Shown: piece by piece, positions 9,094 to 19,135 of the stretch
Position numbering within the stretch: the stretch's first letter is position 1
Layout: every line of letters starts with the position of its first letter
DNA from: Candidatus Pacearchaeota archaeon
Lineage (GTDB): Archaea; Nanobdellota; Nanobdellia; Pacearchaeales; GW2011-AR1
NCBI GenBank assembly: GCA_016181895.1
Contig: JACOYL010000008.1
Span: forward strand, 8,192-72,191
Reading direction: 5' to 3'
DNA length: 64,000 nucleotides
Notes under the pieces: model-generated
What the model was told of the DNA's origin: nothing
Database searches by the model: none
What the model saw: only the letters and a program-made list of their open reading frames with translations
Program-made: the position numbers and the translations under genes

Positions 9094-10668
9094 ATGGTTA
9101 AGAAAGGGGCGTCAAAGAGTTTGAAATCCAAAAAGGCGATTGAGGAAAAAAATCCTCCTGTGAAAATTTTCAAGGTTCTTGTAGGTTATCCTCCTGTTGA
9201 ATCTGCAAAAGGGACAGCATTGCTTTCCCAAAATCGACAGTTCCAGTATTTCCAGGTTGCCTCGTTTTTGTTTCCCGTTGCGATGGGAACCGCTGCAACA
9301 ATGGCAAGAGACAAGGGATACAATGTGATTTGGCATGATGCCGTTGCAGAGTATATAACTACAGAAATGTTTGACAAAATGCTTGAACACGAAAAGCCGG
9401 ATATTTTCTTTTTTGAAACAAAAGCCCCTGTCGTGAAAAAACACTGGGCTTCAATAAAACATTTGAAACAAAAATTTCCAAACATGAAAATAGTGATTTG
9501 CGGGGATCATGTTTCATATGATGCGAGGGAAACAATGGAAAATTCTCCCGTTGATTTTGTAATAAAAGGAGGGTATTACGATTTTGCATTCTGCGAACTG
9601 CTTGACGCCTTGAAAGAAGGAAGAAAAATTCCGCAAGGAATTTGGTACAGGAATTCAAAGAATGAAATTGTTGACAACGGAAGATACAATTTCACGGGAA
9701 AACTTGATGATGCTCCAATCATTGACAGGAAACTCACGAAGAATCAAAATTACCAGATTGAATTCAATTTGAAGGGGAGGCCTCTTGCATATATAATGTC
9801 CGGAAGGGATTGCTGGTACGGGAAATGCACATTCTGCGTTTGGGATCATACTCTTTATCCGAAGGGAACATTCAAGGTAAGAACTCCTGAAAATGTTATG
9901 AAGGAAGTTAAATACCTTGTTGATGAAATCGGAGTAAAGGAGATATTTGACGATTGCGGGACAATAACTGTGGGACCTTGGCTGGAAAAATTTTGCAAAA
10001 TGATGATTGAATCGGGATACAACAAGAAAGTTATGTATTCATGTAATATGAGATTCGGCGCTGTGAACTTGAAAGAATATCAGATGATGAAAGCCGCTGG
10101 ATTTAGATTGTTGAAATACGGATTGGAATCCGGATGCCAGAAGACAATTGACAAGCTGGACAAGGGAACAAAAATTCCAGAAGTCGTAAGTTCCTGCAGG
10201 GATGCGAAGCAAGCCGGACTTACAGTACATTTGACAATGATGGTTGGCTATCCATGGGAAACAAGGAATGACGCAATGCACACAATAAAACTTGCCAAGG
10301 TTTTGATGACAAAAGGATATGCAGATGTTCTTCAATCGACAGTTATAGTTCCTTATCCTGGAACTCCTTTGTATGAAGAAGGAAAGGAAAAGGGATGGTT
10401 CAGGTTCAATCCGAAAGATTATGAAAGATTTGACATGACAGAGCCTGTTTTTAAAACCCAAGATATGACCCCGGATGAAGTCCAGAAATTATGCCAGAAA
10501 AATTACAGCATTTATCTGGATCCAAGATATATTTTCCAGCACGCGAAAAGAATCAAGGACATGCAGGATGTCATTTACACATTGAACGGAGTGAAAGCTG
10601 TGATTGGACATCTCGTGCAATTCGCGGGGACGAAGTATGCGGGGGCGGATGAGAAAGTGGCGGCGTGA
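9094..10668 (+). CDS. B12-binding-domain radical SAM protein (HpnJ-like subgroup)
   Basis: GRDCWYGKCTFC, GLESG, MVGYPWET, PYPGTPLY motifs. Confidence 0.88.
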   Translation: MVKKGASKSLKSKKAIEEKNPPVKIFKVLVGYPPVESAKGTALLSQNRQFQYFQVASFLFPVAMGTAATMARDKGYNVIWHDAVAEYITTEMFDKMLEHEKPDIFFFETKAPVVKKHWASIKHLKQKFPNMKIVICGDHVSYDARETMENSPVDFVIKGGYYDFAFCELLDALKEGRKIPQGIWYRNSKNEIVDNGRYNFTGKLDDAPIIDRKLTKNQNYQIEFNLKGRPLAYIMSGRDCWYGKCTFCVWDHTLYPKGTFKVRTPENVMKEVKYLVDEIGVKEIFDDCGTITVGPWLEKFCKMMIESGYNKKVMYSCNMRFGAVNLKEYQMMKAAGFRLLKYGLESGCQKTIDKLDKGTKIPEVVSSCRDAKQAGLTVHLTMMVGYPWETRNDAMHTIKLAKVLMTKGYADVLQSTVIVPYPGTPLYEEGKEKGWFRFNPKDYERFDMTEPVFKTQDMTPDEVQKLCQKNYSIYLDPRYIFQHAKRIKDMQDVIYTLNGVKAVIGHLVQFAGTKYAGADEKVAA

Positions 10669-10674
10669 AATTAC

Positions 10675-10953
10675 TTACAAATCATGTTTGTGTAATAAAT
10701 AATTTAATTTTTTATTTATAGACTGAAAATTAGTATATATCTTACATCTGTAATAAAAAAGAGTTAAGAAAAAGATATCAAAAAGTATTATTTTTATTAT
10801 CAATTGCGTTCTTTCTAAAAATAAATTATATCCTAACATTATAACAAAATTACCAGAAAGCCCAAGTATTATTGCATAAAGTAGGGCTTGTAAATATATC
10901 TTATCGCTTTTTAAAAATTGAAGAAGTATTTTATCTTTTTCTTCATTGTTCAT
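10675..10953 (-). CDS. Small 2-TM hypothetical protein (very AT-rich)
   Basis: 92-aa ORF filling the gap between two convergent radical SAM genes. Confidence 0.5.
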   Translation of the reverse strand: MNNEEKDKILLQFLKSDKIYLQALLYAIILGLSGNFVIMLGYNLFLERTQLIIKIILFDIFFLTLFYYRCKIYTNFQSINKKLNYLLHKHDL

Positions 10954-11005
10954 AAAAAAAATTATTTTAGAGTCTTATAACTATTTTCGTTCTAGAATTC
11001 AACAG

Positions 11006-12409
11006 TCAATTCCCCGCAAACTTCAAAACTTCCAGTCCGCCTTTAAGAGTCAGTTTCACGTCTTTGGCCGTGCGAATTCTTAAAAAGCGGCGGAAAATAA
11101 ATTCAGGGCGGAGATAAAATTCCTTGTATGCGCGTTTTTGCATTTCGCTCATAAGTTCTGGAGTTACAGAGCCATGCTTGAAAGCGCCCTCGGAATAAGC
11201 AGTGTATTTGTCCCAAGAAACATCAAGCAATTGCCCCTCGCGCTTTATTATGTTCCAGTATTCTGTTTTTGGCATTGGAATGCAAACATGGAATGTTGCA
11301 GTGTCAAGAGGAAGGGATTTTGCAAATCTTATTGTATCGAGCATTGTTTTTCTGTTTTCTCCAAGCAAACCAAAAATAAACAATCCTCTTGATTCTATTC
11401 CCGCTTCCCTGCACCACTTGGCAGCGTTTTGAATATCTTCAAGCTTTTCAGCTTTTCTCATCTTATTAAGAATTTCCTGATTCCCTGATTCAATTCCAAG
11501 AGACAACATATAACAGCCAGCTTTTTTCATGTGTTTAAGCATTGGTAGAGATAATTTATCACAGCGAACTCCGTTGGCGACTTTCCAAATGATTTTTTTG
11601 TTCAATCCTGTTTTAATCATCAAGTCGCAGAATTTCCTAACACGTTCAGGATACAATGTGAAATTGTCATCTTGAAAATCTATTTCCTGCGTTCCATAAG
11701 TATCAACAAGATGTTTTATTTCAGCAATGATATTTTCTGCACTACGGGCGCGCATTTTTCTTCCCGAAGTTATGAAATCCGCACAGAAAATGCAACGATA
11801 GGGACATCCGCGTCCAGAGACGATGTAATCAATCGGATATCTTCTGGCTTCAAAGCTGAAATATTTGTGCATTGGCAATAAATCTCGTGCTGGAAAAGGC
11901 AATGAATCCAAGTCCTCAATAAACGGCGCGTCCTTATTATGAATTATTTTTCCCTTTTTGTCGCGATAAGAAACTCCCAAAATATCTTTCAGCGGTTTTC
12001 CCAAAATAATTCTGATAATTGCTTCTTCGCCTTCGCCACGAACAAGAACGTCAATTCTCTGATAATCTCTTAAAACTTCGTCAGGCATTGAACTCGCATG
12101 AATTCCCCCAAAAATAACTTTTACATTTTCCGGCAGAAAAGCGCAAAGTTTTGTGATTTCGTCCATCATGCTTGATGTTCCAGTCATCGCGACGAAATCC
12201 GGATTATATTTTATAATTGCTTCTTTTATCTGTTCATGATTCAAATCAAACGCATTTGCCTCTAAAATCTTGACTTCGTACCCTTTCTCGCGGACAACAG
12301 CGGCAATATAAGCCAAGCCAAGGGGTGGATAAATCGGCGTGGCCGTCTTGCTCCCTGCATAAGAATAAATATTTCTGTAATTAGGCTGAATCAAAAGCAG
12401 TTTCACCAT
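11006..12409 (-). CDS. B12-binding-domain radical SAM protein (class B type)
   Basis: Start at MVKLLLIQP; PPLGLAYIAA, GGIHAS, GEGE, GRGCPYRCIFC, DDNF, GIESG. Confidence 0.92.
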   Translation of the reverse strand: MVKLLLIQPNYRNIYSYAGSKTATPIYPPLGLAYIAAVVREKGYEVKILEANAFDLNHEQIKEAIIKYNPDFVAMTGTSSMMDEITKLCAFLPENVKVIFGGIHASSMPDEVLRDYQRIDVLVRGEGEEAIIRIILGKPLKDILGVSYRDKKGKIIHNKDAPFIEDLDSLPFPARDLLPMHKYFSFEARRYPIDYIVSGRGCPYRCIFCADFITSGRKMRARSAENIIAEIKHLVDTYGTQEIDFQDDNFTLYPERVRKFCDLMIKTGLNKKIIWKVANGVRCDKLSLPMLKHMKKAGCYMLSLGIESGNQEILNKMRKAEKLEDIQNAAKWCREAGIESRGLFIFGLLGENRKTMLDTIRFAKSLPLDTATFHVCIPMPKTEYWNIIKREGQLLDVSWDKYTAYSEGAFKHGSVTPELMSEMQKRAYKEFYLRPEFIFRRFLRIRTAKDVKLTLKGGLEVLKFAGN

Positions 12410-12494
12410 CTTAAAAGTATTGGAAAATTGTTTATATAGTTTTGGAATCCAAGGTTTCACAAACCTTAAAACCCCTTTTTTCTTTTTACAAATC

Positions 12495-12878
12495 ATGTCG
12501 GAAGAAAATAGAGAAGTGAAAAGCCTTGGAAAATACGACGCAAAGGGTTTCAAGGAAATAACAATGGAGAAGCCGAGAGAAATTGATGCTTCAGGAATAA
12601 AACGCCCTTGGAAGCCCGATATGAAAGGATATTTCCTGATAAGAATAAACAAGGATTTGAACAAAATCGAAGCCGCGTTCTGCGATTACAGGGAAAACAA
12701 AGTAAGAATAATAATTCGCGGAGATATACCTATGGAAGTTTATACCGCGATTTTAAAAGAAAATCTCGTCGGAGAATTGGACCATGCAATGGACCTCGGC
12801 GTTGAGTTGGAAAAAGCGTACAGGGCTTTGAAAACAGGAAAAAAATACACGCAGGACAAGGTTGACTTGGAAGATTAA
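12495..12878 (+). CDS. Stand-alone DUF4346-domain protein
   Basis: DMKGYFLI...DHAMDLGVELEKAYRAL..Y.QD pattern; start at MSEENRE after TTTATATA box. Confidence 0.75.
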   Translation: MSEENREVKSLGKYDAKGFKEITMEKPREIDASGIKRPWKPDMKGYFLIRINKDLNKIEAAFCDYRENKVRIIIRGDIPMEVYTAILKENLVGELDHAMDLGVELEKAYRALKTGKKYTQDKVDLED

Positions 12879-12923
12879 CTGAATCACAACTAATTTTATA
12901 AATAAACATTATTAGATTTAATA

Positions 12924-13823
12924 ATGACTCCAGAACCTTTTGTAGAAAATGTGCATTTCGACGGAAAACATTGGATTGGAAAGAAAAGACCTGATGAAAG
13001 ATTGCAAATTCACAGTTACAAGCATGTTGCGCAACAAGCGAGAAGAATGCTCGGTAGAAACGGGATTGTTGCAATTCCAAATGCAAGGCAGAACGAATAC
13101 AGATTTGAAGAACTAATCCTAATGGGAGAAGGATATGGTCTACTTGATTTAAGTGATGAAAAAAAATTTTTCTATGATCCTGTTAATGCAATTTATATAA
13201 TAAAAGCACAAGAAGTTAGAACAAGAATTGATAGTATCCCAATTGTCCTCTTAGCTTACAATCTCCCTTTTGGAACAAATCTTAGCAACAAAAACGGAAA
13301 TCAAACATTGGAAGAAGCGGCAAAATACAATTGCATTCTTGGAATAAATATGCCGTCTTGTATTGATGATATTGATGCCGGTCTCTTGGTTCTTAAACAT
13401 AATATTGAGAATAAATTAGGACATTTTGATTTTGTCGTCGGTTATGCTGGAGGGGCGGCATTAAGGAAATTTGGCGGCGCAAATAATGGTTCGCAAAATC
13501 TTTACAGAGATGAAATCAAAGACAAAGATTTTGAAAACCCGTTTACAAAAGAAAAACACAAAATAGGGATTATTGCGGTCAGCGGAGGGCACAGAACCCC
13601 TTATGGAAGATTGGAAAATGCATTGAATGGAGGACAAACAATCGGAAGCAGTTACACCGAAATCCCAGAACCAAACCAAAATAATTTCATGAACGATTTA
13701 AGACAGAGTTTGAGAAATTCAAATGAAGCAAGCATGCATTGTGAACCAATAATAATTGAATCTGTTAAATCACAATTATCAATAAAAGTCGGCGACAGAA
13801 TAAGAAACCTGTTTTTTAGATAG
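12924..13823 (+). CDS. PHP-fold-like protein with degenerate metal ligands
   Basis: LQIHS, IKAQEV, NMP, AVSGGH in PHP motif order. Confidence 0.5.
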   Translation: MTPEPFVENVHFDGKHWIGKKRPDERLQIHSYKHVAQQARRMLGRNGIVAIPNARQNEYRFEELILMGEGYGLLDLSDEKKFFYDPVNAIYIIKAQEVRTRIDSIPIVLLAYNLPFGTNLSNKNGNQTLEEAAKYNCILGINMPSCIDDIDAGLLVLKHNIENKLGHFDFVVGYAGGAALRKFGGANNGSQNLYRDEIKDKDFENPFTKEKHKIGIIAVSGGHRTPYGRLENALNGGQTIGSSYTEIPEPNQNNFMNDLRQSLRNSNEASMHCEPIIIESVKSQLSIKVGDRIRNLFFR

Positions 13824-13873
13824 ATATAATCTCTTTACATAAACGTTAAATAACCTGCTTTTAATTTTTTTAA

Positions 13874-15097
13874 ATGCAAAAATACACTGATTACAACGAG
13901 AAAATCGACGATTACATAAAGAAAAATTATCTTGACAAAATCATTACGAGTTTTGTTCGCGATTGCAATCCAATCGCGATAATTCTTTTTGGTGGTTTTG
14001 GAAGGGGGGAAGGGAGCATAAGAGCAATCGATGGAAAACCGGTACCTTTCAACGATTTTGACTTTTACATCGTGACGAAAAAAAAACTTTCCGACGAAGA
14101 ACTGGATATAATTTCAAAAAACGCCTCGGCGGAAATAGGAATGGGAGGATTGGAAATCGCGTATTTTCCAGAGCAGGGATATGATTCAAAAAAATTTTTC
14201 CATGTGGATGCGAGATGCATTCCTTATTCTGAATTGGGAAACCTGATGAAAATACAAAGATACTATGAACTGAAGTACGGAAGCCAAGTTATTTACGGGG
14301 ATGAAACAATCCTTGACAGAATAAAGGAAATAAAACCAGGGGAAATTCCCGTTTCAGAGGGTTTGAGGAATTTGTTCAACAAACTTCATACCATGCTTCT
14401 TGGTTTGCGACAGGAATATAACGAAGAGCAGAAAAAAATCAGGGTTTTTTGGAGTTACAAAAGCTACATGTCCATTTGCGAAGCGCTTTTGATTTTAGAC
14501 AGGAAATTTGCGCCGACATCAAAGGAAAGGGCAAGAATTTTTTCAGAGATTTACGAGAAAGATTTTCCAGACTTGCACAAAAAAATCCCGAATCTTGCAA
14601 AAAAAGTCGGGAAAGCAACGAAATTCAAATTAAAACTTGATTTTAATGTCAATCACGAATGGCTTTGGAACGAGACATTAAAAGATATTCTGATTGTTTT
14701 TGAATATTACATAAAAAAAATAACCAAAGTTGAAAACGTTGCTATTGCAATAAACAATGTTCTTCCTTACAATTATTTCAAGCCTTATCTAAAGCACAAA
14801 ATCGGTTTCAATTTTTTTCCGGCGCAATACAGATTAAACATAGGATATTTTAATATATTAAAAAAACAGGACGAGACTTATTTTTCTCCGTTATTAACGT
14901 GGAAAGATGTCGGATTGAGGATGATTTTACCGATTTATTTTCTTTTAAAATACAAACAAAGCAACAACGAATCTTATCTCGAACTTGCATATTGGGAATT
15001 GAAGAAATTCATCAAAGTTGAAAACCGCGATTTTTGGCATTTGAAGGAGAGGGCTTTAAAGGCATATGGTTTATATTATGAACAAAGATTATTATAA
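13874..15097 (+). CDS. Pol-beta-superfamily nucleotidyltransferase-domain protein
   Basis: ILFGGFGRGEG...NDFDFYIV, followed by helical domain. Confidence 0.75.
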   Translation: MQKYTDYNEKIDDYIKKNYLDKIITSFVRDCNPIAIILFGGFGRGEGSIRAIDGKPVPFNDFDFYIVTKKKLSDEELDIISKNASAEIGMGGLEIAYFPEQGYDSKKFFHVDARCIPYSELGNLMKIQRYYELKYGSQVIYGDETILDRIKEIKPGEIPVSEGLRNLFNKLHTMLLGLRQEYNEEQKKIRVFWSYKSYMSICEALLILDRKFAPTSKERARIFSEIYEKDFPDLHKKIPNLAKKVGKATKFKLKLDFNVNHEWLWNETLKDILIVFEYYIKKITKVENVAIAINNVLPYNYFKPYLKHKIGFNFFPAQYRLNIGYFNILKKQDETYFSPLLTWKDVGLRMILPIYFLLKYKQSNNESYLELAYWELKKFIKVENRDFWHLKERALKAYGLYYEQRLL

Positions 15098-15236
15098 ATA
15101 AAACATGTTAACAAAATTAAATTAATTTTAACCAACGATTAATGGGATATTACAAAAAAAACCTTTTTAAGAATATGCTCTCAGATTAGTTTAGAGTTGA
15201 CCTTAAAGATTTAAACCATTAATCACATATTAAAAA

Positions 15237-16070
15237 ATGAAAACAGTAATCATGCTTGACAGTTTCAAGCCGGAATATTTGAAGTACACGGCATATTTAA
15301 AGAAAAAAACAAAAGAATTGCAGCACGGGGAATTGGAAACCCCTCTCGGTTTTTGGGGTGGAATGGACACTTTTTTTCATGGCAGTTCGGACAAACTGGC
15401 ATTTTATTATTACAGCGAAAAAAGTTCGTGGAAATGGATAAAATATTTTACATGGCTTGGAAGATTTCCCGTAGATGTTTTGATAAATTTGTGGAATGTT
15501 TTTTGGGGAAATGAAATGTTCAGGACAAATAACATTCCTTTGAACAAATTTTACAAATTCGACACAGATGTGAAAATTCCGCTGCACAAAAGGACAAATA
15601 CAAGATACATTACTTTTCACGAACTTGATGGGATTGCGCATAAATACGGAACAAAATCCGAAGAAGTCAGGAAAGAAGTTGAAAGGTTTGACAAAATCCT
15701 AGAAAAAATGAAATGGGACATCATAATGAGCGATCATGGAATGCTTGAGATAAAGGAATTCATCAAAGTTCCTGAAACAGAGAAATGCTTTATTGATTCA
15801 ACATTGGCAAGATATTGGGGGGAAAAACCAAAAGGAATGCCAGCCAGCAAATGCAAATTTATCAAATGGAAGAACAAAAAATACGGAGATTATATTTACC
15901 TTGCAAATCCCGGCGTTTGTTTTTTTCCTAATTACTGGCAGACAAACAAAGTCAAAGCCATGCACGGCTACAATCCAAAGCTGAAAGATATGAAGGCCTT
16001 TTACATGATAAATAGAAAGGGAAAAAAGAAGAATTTGACGATGGAGGAATTGCATGAAGAAATTACATAA
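15237..16070 (+). CDS. Compact alkaline-phosphatase-superfamily (type I phosphodiesterase-like) protein
   Basis: IMLDS, ELDGIAHKYG, SDHGM, AMHGY. Confidence 0.8.
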   Translation: MKTVIMLDSFKPEYLKYTAYLKKKTKELQHGELETPLGFWGGMDTFFHGSSDKLAFYYYSEKSSWKWIKYFTWLGRFPVDVLINLWNVFWGNEMFRTNNIPLNKFYKFDTDVKIPLHKRTNTRYITFHELDGIAHKYGTKSEEVRKEVERFDKILEKMKWDIIMSDHGMLEIKEFIKVPETEKCFIDSTLARYWGEKPKGMPASKCKFIKWKNKKYGDYIYLANPGVCFFPNYWQTNKVKAMHGYNPKLKDMKAFYMINRKGKKKNLTMEELHEEIT

Positions 16071-16153
16071 AGTAAAATTTATAATGTCATTCCTTATTTT
16101 AATATGAAATATTTCATGAATTATTTATAGAAAAAATAATAGGAGAAATTGGT

Positions 16154-16891
16154 ATGGAATCTAAAATAGATATAACTTCAGATAGACTACAGAATAAAAT
16201 AGCAATAGAATTTATTGAACAACATATTTCTAAAGGCAAAAAACTTAAATTATTAGATGTAGGTAGTGCTGATAACATAATAAAACATTATTTACCTAAA
16301 AATATAGAATATTATTCTTTGGATTTGTCAAAAGAAGAACAAGATGAAGAGCTAAGAGAATACAAACATGAATTTGTGTTAAATTTAGATAAAGAAAAAA
16401 TTCCTGTTAAAGACGAATTTTTTGACATAATTGTTTGTTTAGATGTACTTGAACATACAATATATCCTGAAAAGGTTCTAGAAGAATTTAAAAGGATTAC
16501 AAAAAAAGATGGTATCTTTATAATCTCAATTCCTAATGAATATAATTTTGTCCATAGAATTTATTATTTATTTGCAATAAAAACTAGGGGTGAAACGCCA
16601 TGGAAAGTTGTGGAAATGCACCAACATATACAAAAACCAAGAGTGAAAGATATTATTAATTTACTTTCTGATAATTTTGAAATATCTAAAATACAATATC
16701 TTTTTATGTCAAGAACAAGCTATAAAAATAAAGCTTTTGTATTTGTGGATAAATTCTTTAATATATTAGCGCAGATACATCCAAGTTTATTCGCTGTAAA
16801 TGTTATAACAATATGCAAAAACAAAAAAATGTTAAAACAAAAAAACAAAGTTGATGATTTTGCTATAAAGAACAGACCAAAATATTATTAA
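16154..16891 (+). CDS. Class I SAM-dependent methyltransferase
   Basis: LLDVGS, FDIIVCLDVLEH, ISIPN. Confidence 0.88.
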   Translation: MESKIDITSDRLQNKIAIEFIEQHISKGKKLKLLDVGSADNIIKHYLPKNIEYYSLDLSKEEQDEELREYKHEFVLNLDKEKIPVKDEFFDIIVCLDVLEHTIYPEKVLEEFKRITKKDGIFIISIPNEYNFVHRIYYLFAIKTRGETPWKVVEMHQHIQKPRVKDIINLLSDNFEISKIQYLFMSRTSYKNKAFVFVDKFFNILAQIHPSLFAVNVITICKNKKMLKQKNKVDDFAIKNRPKYY

Positions 16892-16905
16892 CCATTTATT
16901 TTTAA

Positions 16906-16925
16906 TAAATTCTAATTAGAATTTA
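16906..16925. promoter_or_regulatory. 20-bp perfect palindrome TAAATTCTAATTAGAATTTA (possible operator)
   Basis: Exact inverted symmetry in intergenic DNA upstream of the next gene's TATA-like elements. Confidence 0.4.
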
Positions 16926-16975
16926 GGTATTTTATTTATAAAAAGAGATATAAATGCAAATTTGTTTTTCCTGAA

Positions 16976-17521
16976 ATGAAAAGATTCGAGGACAACAGGC
17001 TTGAAAACACTTATGAAAGCGAGAATTTGCTTGTTAGGATGTATTTTAGATGGAAAATCAATATTACTGTTTGGCTTGCAAATTTAAAAAAAGATGATGT
17101 TATTTTAGATTTTGGATGCGGCGGAGGCTGGCTTGAAAAAAAATTGAAAAATTATAAGATTTTTGGATATGATACAAATCCAAAGAAAACTTTCATAAAA
17201 GACTACAGAAAAATAAAACCGACAAAAATTTTCGCATTGGATGTTTTTGAGCATATTCCGATAAAAGAAACGAAAAAAATTCTTGCCAATTTCAAAAAAA
17301 TGAGCAAGAATTTTTATTTGATTGTTTCGCAGCCGACTGAAAACTGGCTCTCGAGAAAAATCAGGAAACTCGTCGGCAAAGAGGAAGTTCCAAAAGAGCA
17401 TATTACAAGATATGAAGAAATTATAAAACTTTTAAAAAAAGAATTTGAGTTCAGAAGAAAAATTAATTTTTTTACAATTACACACATATTTAAATTCAGG
17501 CATAAAAAAATTAATATTTGA
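16976..17521 (+). CDS. Class I SAM-dependent methyltransferase (short)
   Basis: ILDFGCGGG, LDVFEH. Confidence 0.85.
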   Translation: MKRFEDNRLENTYESENLLVRMYFRWKINITVWLANLKKDDVILDFGCGGGWLEKKLKNYKIFGYDTNPKKTFIKDYRKIKPTKIFALDVFEHIPIKETKKILANFKKMSKNFYLIVSQPTENWLSRKIRKLVGKEEVPKEHITRYEEIIKLLKKEFEFRRKINFFTITHIFKFRHKKINI

Positions 17522-19112
17522 ATTCATAAATTATCAGAACAGATTGTTCGCCTTGATTGTAGACTTTAATCGGGATCAATAATTCTGGATTTGTTTGTGG
17601 CAATATCTGTGCCCAATCAGGCGTGGATTCAAATATTGAAAGTATCATAAATCTTGGTTTGTAATCTTCAGCGAATTTCAAGAAACCTTCATAATCGTTT
17701 GAGTACTTCAAAAAATCCGGATTTCCGAGTTTTGTCCCGTAATAAAATCCGGGGTCAAATGGGTATGTTGAACGTTCGGAATAGTAAATTGTTTGTGGAA
17801 CAGAAGCCGAAATAATTATCTCATCTGGATTTGAATTCTCTTTTATCCATAATCCCGCTTGTTTCACTTCAAGGTAAGATGTTTTCTTTTCTTCAATCAT
17901 GTTATTGGCAAGATTAAAATTAGGAATAAGAAGCAAAAGCAAAATTCCAACAATAATTATATTGGATGTTTTTTTATTTAAGTTGTGTTTTTTTTCCAAG
18001 ATTTCTCCGAACTTAACAAGAGGGTAGACTATTATCAAAAATAGGAAAGGAAGGGCTGCTGTTACATATCTCTGTTCAACATAAGAAACCGAACCGACAT
18101 ATCCCATGATTAAAAATATGCATGCTGGAAAGAAGAAAATAAAAAATTTCTTTTGCAGTTCTTCATTCTTGAAGATTTTATCAAATCCAAGAATCAAATC
18201 AAAAAAGAAAAGAACAAATCCTATAAAAAAAAAGTAATATACCCAATCTCCTAGAATATAAGGTATATTGAGAATGTAATTGAAAACTGCAGATGAAAAA
18301 ACTCTTTCGTTTCCGGTCTCGACCGCTTTTTCCCCTATTCCAAGATAATAAGATGTTATATCTGAAAAAGGATTTCCATAATGGGACGAATAAAGATAAA
18401 ATTGAGGGATCATTAAAACCAGAAAAATAAAGAGTGCAATCCAAAGTTTCTTGTTTAATATAAATTTATATTTCTCTTTTAAAATCGCAAGCATTAAAAA
18501 TGCTGGTGCAATCATAAACGACTGCATTCTTGTTAAAACCGCCATAACAAAAATTATAGCAGAGAGATAAAGAAATTTATTTCCTTTCTTAAGATAATAA
18601 CCGTCCCAGAAGAATAAAAACGAAAGTATTATTAAAAATGCGGCAGGAATATCTGTTAAAATTCTGCCGCTAAAAAATAGCAAGAGCCATGAAAAAGATA
18701 AACAAATTGAAACCAGCAGGGCTACTTTTTTATCAACAAGCCTTGTCAAAAACAAATAAGAAACAAAAACAAACCCTGTTGAAAACAAAACTTCAAGAAA
18801 TCTTACTCCTATCTCACTAAGACCAAACATGAAAAATGGAGCAGAAATTAACGGAAATAAAAATCCACGCCTGTAATACCAAATATCTTGTATATCCAAT
18901 CCAAGACCGAGTCTTTTTGCTGCAGACATGTAATCTGCCCCATCCCACCACAATGGCTGATTCATCGTTTTTATGAAAATCCAAATTCTTAAAATAAATG
19001 CTAAGGCTAGAATGACCAAAAAATATTTATCATAATTGTCTTTTACCCAAGAAAAGAGAAATTTCTGTATTTTTGATTTTCGCTTGTTTATTAATAAAGA
19101 TGATTCTTCCAT
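17511..19112 (-). CDS. GT-C membrane glycosyltransferase (PMT_2/ArnT-like)
   Basis: LWWDGADY, LTDIP, many TM segments, EQRY. Confidence 0.85.
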   Translation of the reverse strand: MEESSLLINKRKSKIQKFLFSWVKDNYDKYFLVILALAFILRIWIFIKTMNQPLWWDGADYMSAAKRLGLGLDIQDIWYYRRGFLFPLISAPFFMFGLSEIGVRFLEVLFSTGFVFVSYLFLTRLVDKKVALLVSICLSFSWLLLFFSGRILTDIPAAFLIILSFLFFWDGYYLKKGNKFLYLSAIIFVMAVLTRMQSFMIAPAFLMLAILKEKYKFILNKKLWIALFIFLVLMIPQFYLYSSHYGNPFSDITSYYLGIGEKAVETGNERVFSSAVFNYILNIPYILGDWVYYFFFIGFVLFFFDLILGFDKIFKNEELQKKFFIFFFPACIFLIMGYVGSVSYVEQRYVTAALPFLFLIIVYPLVKFGEILEKKHNLNKKTSNIIIVGILLLLLIPNFNLANNMIEEKKTSYLEVKQAGLWIKENSNPDEIIISASVPQTIYYSERSTYPFDPGFYYGTKLGNPDFLKYSNDYEGFLKFAEDYKPRFMILSIFESTPDWAQILPQTNPELLIPIKVYNQGEQSVLIIYEFKY

Positions 19113-19135
19113 AAAAATACACATAAGATTTGCTT

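Noticed and set aside
12410-12664. Long N-terminal extension of the 552-aa radical SAM ORF
   Set aside because: It overlaps the divergent DUF4346 gene and shared TATA; homology begins at MVKLLLIQP
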